A DNA stretch of 64,000 nt, from NCBI GenBank assembly GCA_045646265.1, contig JAZRKL010000139.1, forward strand, positions 12,707-76,706. The letters run 5' to 3'. The notes below the pieces were generated by a model. That model searched no databases. It was not told the DNA's origin and saw nothing but the letters and a program-made list of their open reading frames with translations. This DNA is from Faecousia sp. (GTDB lineage: Bacteria > Bacillota > Clostridia > Oscillospirales > Oscillospiraceae). Positions 59,232 through 64,000 of this stretch are shown in pieces; the first letter of the stretch is position 1, and every line of letters begins with the position of its first letter. A program made the translations under genes and the position numbers.

Positions 59232-60116
59232 CTAACACACTACCCGCAAAGCATGCTGCAGACATTCCACCTGGATCGCCTCTTTTCCCGGCTCCCGTTC
59301 CCCATCGATGGTCCAATCCATATCTCCGGGGGCAGTGATCTTCAGGCTTTCGGTACTGAGGAACGTCATCATGGCGCAATTATATGTCTGCCGCTGCAGT
59401 GCCACCAGGCAATCGGTCAGTTCTATCGCGTCTCTGGGCGCGCGTACCAGCATCAGTTCCAGCTTGCCGTCAGACATATCCACCCGATCCGGTGCCAGTG
59501 TCAGAATACCTGCCACGCTGGTGGAATTGCTGATAGCACCAAAGATGTATTCGTCCTCAAACACCCGGCCGTCGGGCAGTTCAAAGCGCAGCGGACGAGC
59601 CTTGATCTGGGAAAGCTCCTGGATTCCGCTGAGAAGATAGGCCACATGGCCCAGTGCGTTTTTCACACTCTGGGGTGTCGCATAGCTGGCACGGGTAAAC
59701 GCGCCAAAGGAAGCCACATAGGAAAAATACCGGCCGCTAAAGGAGCCTATATCCAACTGTCGGACATTGCCGCTTGTGATCACATGGGCCGCCTGCAAAA
59801 TATCCGTAGGAAGCTTCAAACTGTTTGCGAAATCGTTGGTAGATCCTGCGGGGATATATCCCACCGGCACATCGATCCCGCTGGCCAGAACACCGGCAGC
59901 TGTTTCGTTAAATGTGCCGTCACCGCCGCAGCAGGCAATGAGATCCACCGAATCCGCGCAGCGCCGAGCCATTTCATAGGCATCGCCTTGGCCTGCGGTA
60001 ACGTATACATTTACCTCATAGTCTGCCCGGTTGAATATTTCTATAATCTCCATCAGCTGCCGGTTCGCTTTCCGCTGACCGGCATAAGGATTTAAAATAA
60101 ACAGCATTTTTTTCAT
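59232..60116 (-). CDS. Diacylglycerol/lipid kinase family (YegS/DgkB-like)
   Basis: NPYAG, GGDGT, PAGSTNDFA, IDGE. Confidence 0.9.
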   Translation of the reverse strand: MKKMLFILNPYAGQRKANRQLMEIIEIFNRADYEVNVYVTAGQGDAYEMARRCADSVDLIACCGGDGTFNETAAGVLASGIDVPVGYIPAGSTNDFANSLKLPTDILQAAHVITSGNVRQLDIGSFSGRYFSYVASFGAFTRASYATPQSVKNALGHVAYLLSGIQELSQIKARPLRFELPDGRVFEDEYIFGAISNSTSVAGILTLAPDRVDMSDGKLELMLVRAPRDAIELTDCLVALQRQTYNCAMMTFLSTESLKITAPGDMDWTIDGEREPGKEAIQVECLQHALRVVC

Positions 60117-60297
60117 ACGCTCATCTCCAAAAAAGGCTGCATGCATATTCGTACACGCTCATTATACCACAGGCACGCGTTTTCTCAACATCTCCATGTA
60201 AAAATTAATAGTAAGTTCACAACCGGCGCAAAACCTTTGCCCCGTATTTACTTTTCTACCGGGATATGCTACAATAACGAAAATACACGAAAGGAGC

Positions 60298-61458
60298 TTG
60301 TCCATGCACCACGACAATACTTATGTTACTGTAGATCTGGATGCCATTGCGCGTAATATTGAAGCAATCCGTAAACAGGCCGGTGTTCCGGTGATGGCCG
60401 TTGTTAAGGCGGATGCATACGGTCACGGTGCCGTACCGGTGGCCAAGCTTCTGGAAAATAAGTGTGCGTTCTTTGGTGTCAGTTCTATCTCCGAAGCGTT
60501 GGAGCTGCGGGGTGCCGGCATCCAAACGCCCATTCTGATTCTGGGCCATACCCCCAGCGCCGCCTTTTCTCTGGCTATCCGGCACGATATCCGACCCTCC
60601 ATTTTTAGTCTGGACGGTGCCAGGACCCTTTCAAAGGAAGCCGCCAAGCTGAATAAGACCGCCCGGTTCCATTTTGCCGTAGATACCGGCATGAGCCGCA
60701 TCGGTTTCCCCCTTTGTGAAGCATCTGCTGATCAGTGTGCGGAAGCTGCCAAACTGCCAAATGTTTTTGCGGAGGGTCTGTTCAGCCACTACGCAACCGC
60801 CGATTGTGCTGACCTCAGCCGTGCCAAGGCACAAACAGAGCGGTTTGATTCCTTTATCTCCATGCTTCGCCAGCGGGGTGTGGAAATTCCCATCTGCCAT
60901 ATGAATAACTCCGCCGGATTGATGAACTTCCCCAACAGCTACGATATGGTTCGCTCCGGCATCGTTACCTACGGTCTGTACCCCAGCAGCGAGGTGGATC
61001 CCAGCCTGCTTCCTTTGACACCGGCTCTGACCTGGCGCAGCCGGGTGACGCATCTGCAGGAGCTGCCCGCAGGCCGGGAGATCGGCTACGGCGGCACCTA
61101 TGTCACCACCAAACCTACCCGGGTCGCCACCGTTCCGGTGGGCTATGCCGACGGCTATCGCTGGAGTCTTTCCGGAAAGTTTTATGTTTTGATCCATGGA
61201 CAGCGGGCGCCGATCCTGCGCCGTGTCTGCATGGATCAGCTCATGGTGGATATTACCAACATTCCCGATGTGGCAATTGGCAACAAGGTCGTTTTGATCG
61301 GCCAGCATGAGTCAGAGCGTATCACCGCCGAAGAACTTGCCGAAGCAGCGGGAAGCTTCAACTACGAGATTCTGTGCGGCATTTCCCGCCGCGTTCCCCG
61401 TTACTATGTCAAGGACGGCAAAACCGTCCAGACAATCCATTATTTACTGGATGAATAA
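60298..61458 (+). CDS. alr: Alanine racemase
   Basis: AVVKADAYGHG (PLP Lys), DTGMSRIG, IGYGG, GYADG, CMDQ. Confidence 0.93.
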   Translation: MSMHHDNTYVTVDLDAIARNIEAIRKQAGVPVMAVVKADAYGHGAVPVAKLLENKCAFFGVSSISEALELRGAGIQTPILILGHTPSAAFSLAIRHDIRPSIFSLDGARTLSKEAAKLNKTARFHFAVDTGMSRIGFPLCEASADQCAEAAKLPNVFAEGLFSHYATADCADLSRAKAQTERFDSFISMLRQRGVEIPICHMNNSAGLMNFPNSYDMVRSGIVTYGLYPSSEVDPSLLPLTPALTWRSRVTHLQELPAGREIGYGGTYVTTKPTRVATVPVGYADGYRWSLSGKFYVLIHGQRAPILRRVCMDQLMVDITNIPDVAIGNKVVLIGQHESERITAEELAEAAGSFNYEILCGISRRVPRYYVKDGKTVQTIHYLLDE

Positions 61459-61459
61459 A

Positions 61460-61628
61460 AAAATGGACTGATAACAGCAATGTCATTAAGTTAGCACTTA
61501 TGTCATTCTGAGCGAGCAAAGCGAGTCGAAGGATCTCCGGACTATCATTCTCCGGAGATCCTTCGTCGGTGTTGCCTCCTCAGGATGACATTCTTAACTT
61601 AATGACATTGCTGTTATCAGTCCATTTT
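61460..61628. repeat. MITE-like palindromic element with 34-bp perfect terminal inverted repeats
   Basis: 61460-61493 is the exact reverse complement of 61595-61628; core TGTCATTCTGAG...GAAGGATCTCC...GGAGATCCTTC...CTCAGGATGACA. Confidence 0.8.
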
Positions 61629-62231
61629 CTCTTTCACTTTTTCAAGTAGCAGGCCTTTTGCAAAATACATGGTTTCGTAGCGAAGATACATCAGTGCATT
61701 CTCATCCCATAGAATTCTTAAATTGGGTGGAAACTCATCGTCCCCAAACCATAGCTGCAGCATCAGCGGGAGTCCGTCACATACTTCGATGGAATAGGCA
61801 ATATCTCCATTGGTCAGCCGTTTTCCGTCGAGGGCTTCACAAACCTGGCAGAATGCCTCCTGTCGCTCCTGAAACAGGCACGCCCAGGGATCTCTGCGGC
61901 TCTCCAGCAAGTTCTGGTGAAACATCAAGCCAAAGTCACGCATATTTTTCCACTTGCCGCTGACAAACCGATCTTCCCGGCTGTCGCAGATCACATCCAG
62001 CAGGGTCATCACTTCTTCAAAGTTGTTTGCGTCCACCCACGCATTTGCTTCCATCCGCTCAACATCTCCGGTGTTGCGGCTGATCCTGTAATGCTCAGAA
62101 AACAGCACGGTATACAGAAACTCCGTGTCCGCCTTTAATTTCAGCTTTCTGATCAGTTTTTCCTGATCATAGGTCAAAAAATGTTTCTTTGCCTGCTGCA
62201 TTTGGGTGAAATAATTATTTGTTGTTATCAT
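61617..62231 (-). CDS. DUF3786-like protein
   Basis: C-terminal LPLMLQLWFGDDEFPPNLRILWD pattern. Confidence 0.7.
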   Translation of the reverse strand: MITTNNYFTQMQQAKKHFLTYDQEKLIRKLKLKADTEFLYTVLFSEHYRISRNTGDVERMEANAWVDANNFEEVMTLLDVICDSREDRFVSGKWKNMRDFGLMFHQNLLESRRDPWACLFQERQEAFCQVCEALDGKRLTNGDIAYSIEVCDGLPLMLQLWFGDDEFPPNLRILWDENALMYLRYETMYFAKGLLLEKVKEKMD

Positions 62232-63010
62232 AGCGACTCCCGTTGCTTACAAGCATATTCATAAGCCAGTTTGTAATCGCCCAGCTCCCGGCAGCAAATT
62301 TCCATTTTCTCGTAGACTTCCCGGCATGGCGGCACCCGCCTATAAAGGCCCGCTGCTTCTTCGTACCGCTTTGTATCAAACAGCGCCTGCGCCTGCAGCA
62401 GCAGCCATTGGGGATTTTCTCTTTCTTCTGCCGCGGCCAGGATCTCCAATCTGCGGATGGGGTCATGGCACTGCTGTGCCCGGGCCAGCAGGCCCTCTTC
62501 ATCCGCTTCCAGAGAGATCTGTTCCCCCGCCATGGCCAGCATCACCCGGCAGCGGTAACGCAGCTGCTTTGTAATGTATAAGCCATTCAATTCCAAAGCT
62601 TCATACAAAAGCTTGATCCCATAGGGTTTCATTCCCTCAGCAAGGGCATGCCGTGCCCTATAAAAGCGCCAGTAGTATTCCAGCAAAAGCTTTTCCTCAT
62701 AAACCTGCTCATCGGGTTCCTGAACGGCATCCAGCGCCCGGCGCATTTTTTCCAGATCCCTCAAGGCCAATGCCCCTCTGGCCTCCGCCATCGGCTGCTG
62801 ATTTGGCAGCAGCACCGCCTGCTCATCCAAAAAATAACTGACCGGTTTTCCCAGCTTTTCTGCCAGATATCCCAGTGTCTTCATTGACGGATGGGCGCTG
62901 CCGTTTTCGATCTGGGAGAGCATGTTCCGGGTAATATGTTCTCCGCAGAGCTGTCTTTGTGAAAGGCCTGCCGCGATCCGCGCCGCTTTGATCCTGCTTC
63001 CCAGATCCAT
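62228..63010 (-). CDS. XRE HTH regulator with TPR-like helical C-terminus
   Basis: LGSRIKAARIAAGLSQRQLC...LSQIENGSAHPS; helical repeats. Confidence 0.85.
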   Translation of the reverse strand: MDLGSRIKAARIAAGLSQRQLCGEHITRNMLSQIENGSAHPSMKTLGYLAEKLGKPVSYFLDEQAVLLPNQQPMAEARGALALRDLEKMRRALDAVQEPDEQVYEEKLLLEYYWRFYRARHALAEGMKPYGIKLLYEALELNGLYITKQLRYRCRVMLAMAGEQISLEADEEGLLARAQQCHDPIRRLEILAAAEERENPQWLLLQAQALFDTKRYEEAAGLYRRVPPCREVYEKMEICCRELGDYKLAYEYACKQRESL

Positions 63011-63157
63011 GTTCTCCCTCCTCAGGTAAGTGGTATTTACCTAATTGTAGCATATCCCGTTTCTCTTTTCTACTGTTAGCAAAAAATTCATTTGCTATTT
63101 TCATATCTTTGGTTTATAACTATGTTAAGATTCTGCTTTTCCAAAGGAGTGAGAAAC

Positions 63158-64000
63158 ATGGATATCCGCAACCGCCGTGCATTGAAGACAGCGGCTTCCC
63201 ATGCGTTATGCAATGCCCCAAATCAAAAACGGTTGGTACTGATATGGGCCGGTGTCGGCACGGTACTGCCTTTGCTGATCAGCGTTCTGAGCTATCTGCT
63301 GGATTACCGGATTGAAGACACAGGCGGTCTGTCCGGGATTGGTCTTCGCAGTATTCTGTCCACTGCCCAATCGGTACTTTCCATTTCCTCTTCTATCTTA
63401 TTCCCCTTCTGGTCTTTCGGATACATCGCCGTTACGCTGCGTTTTGCCCGGGGAGAAACCGCCACCGATTCTTCTTTGCTGGATGGTTTTCGCCGTTTTC
63501 GTCCTGTATTCCGGCTGCTGCTGCTTGAGTTCCTCATTTACGCAGCGATCGGCTTTCTTTGCTTCCAGATCGTATCTACCGTACTTTCCTTTACCCCTCT
63601 GGCAGCGCCTGTGTATGCGGTTTTGGAAAGCAGCCAGGATATGCTTCTTTCCGGTGTGATGGATGATCGTACACTGCAGGCTGTCACTGAAGCCATCATG
63701 CCCATACTCATTATCATTGGAATTGTCTGCGTAATCGTTATGATTCCTGTATCTTACCGGCTTCGGCTGGCACCCCTGTGCATTATGGATATACCCGGCT
63801 GCAGAGCCAGACAGGCCATCTGGATGAGTTTTCGTCTGATGCGCCGCAACAGCATCGCCCTGTTCCGTCTGGATCTTAGCTTTTGGTGGTTCTATTTGAT
63901 GAAGCTGCTGGTGTCGTTTTTGTGCTACGGAGAAGTGTTCCTGCCCATGCTGGGTATCACCCTTCCTTTCAGCTACGAGGTATCCTTCTTTACCTTCTAT
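63158..64000 (+). CDS. DUF975-like integral membrane protein (runs off the window)
   Basis: Not in the ORF track. AAGGAG RBS; MDIRNRRALKTAASHAL... open to the window end, multi-TM, with a YRLRLAP..MD...A...S...M motif. Confidence 0.75.
   Translation, partial: MDIRNRRALKTAASHALCNAPNQKRLVLIWAGVGTVLPLLISVLSYLLDYRIEDTGGLSGIGLRSILSTAQSVLSISSSILFPFWSFGYIAVTLRFARGETATDSSLLDGFRRFRPVFRLLLLEFLIYAAIGFLCFQIVSTVLSFTPLAAPVYAVLESSQDMLLSGVMDDRTLQAVTEAIMPILIIIGIVCVIVMIPVSYRLRLAPLCIMDIPGCRARQAIWMSFRLMRRNSIALFRLDLSFWWFYLMKLLVSFLCYGEVFLPMLGITLPFSYEVSFFTFY

Overview
Genomic window from a Clostridia-type Firmicute, probably Oscillospiraceae-like (inferred from gene content and intergenic repeats). (1) 1-9144: right part of an integrative element next to the 3' end of an initiator tRNA-Met. 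It carries a type I restriction-modification operon (xre-hsdM-hsdS-KAP NTPase-hsdR), a LexA-box promoter, an oriT-like site, mobC, tnpW and a large serine recombinase. (2) 9398-15037: a 1879-aa secreted GH20 hexosaminidase. (3) 15214-49217: a ~34 kb, almost entirely minus-strand locus in which a RiPP-type module sits at the end of a large surface-polysaccharide cluster. The module comprises a radical SAM/SPASM enzyme, an HPr-kinase-like protein, a 4-Cys precursor-like peptide with a YxxPxL leader and C-terminal Ser, a PqqD/RRE, an S24/S26 peptidase and a nucleotidyltransferase. The polysaccharide cluster has about 10 glycosyltransferases, two Stealth phosphotransferases, Wzm/Wzt, an EpsG polymerase, two Wzc-like kinases, a split transketolase and an ABC exporter. 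This is the best candidate for a poorly described system, a possible glycosylated RiPP or peptide-primed glycan. (4) 49462-64000: tandem ceramidase-like hydrolases with nagA, a DUF4353 lipoprotein, a structured non-coding element downstream of tRNA-Leu, housekeeping genes (GH13, NUDIX, lipid kinase, alr) and a MITE-like palindrome. All calls come from reading motifs by eye; no database searches were run.
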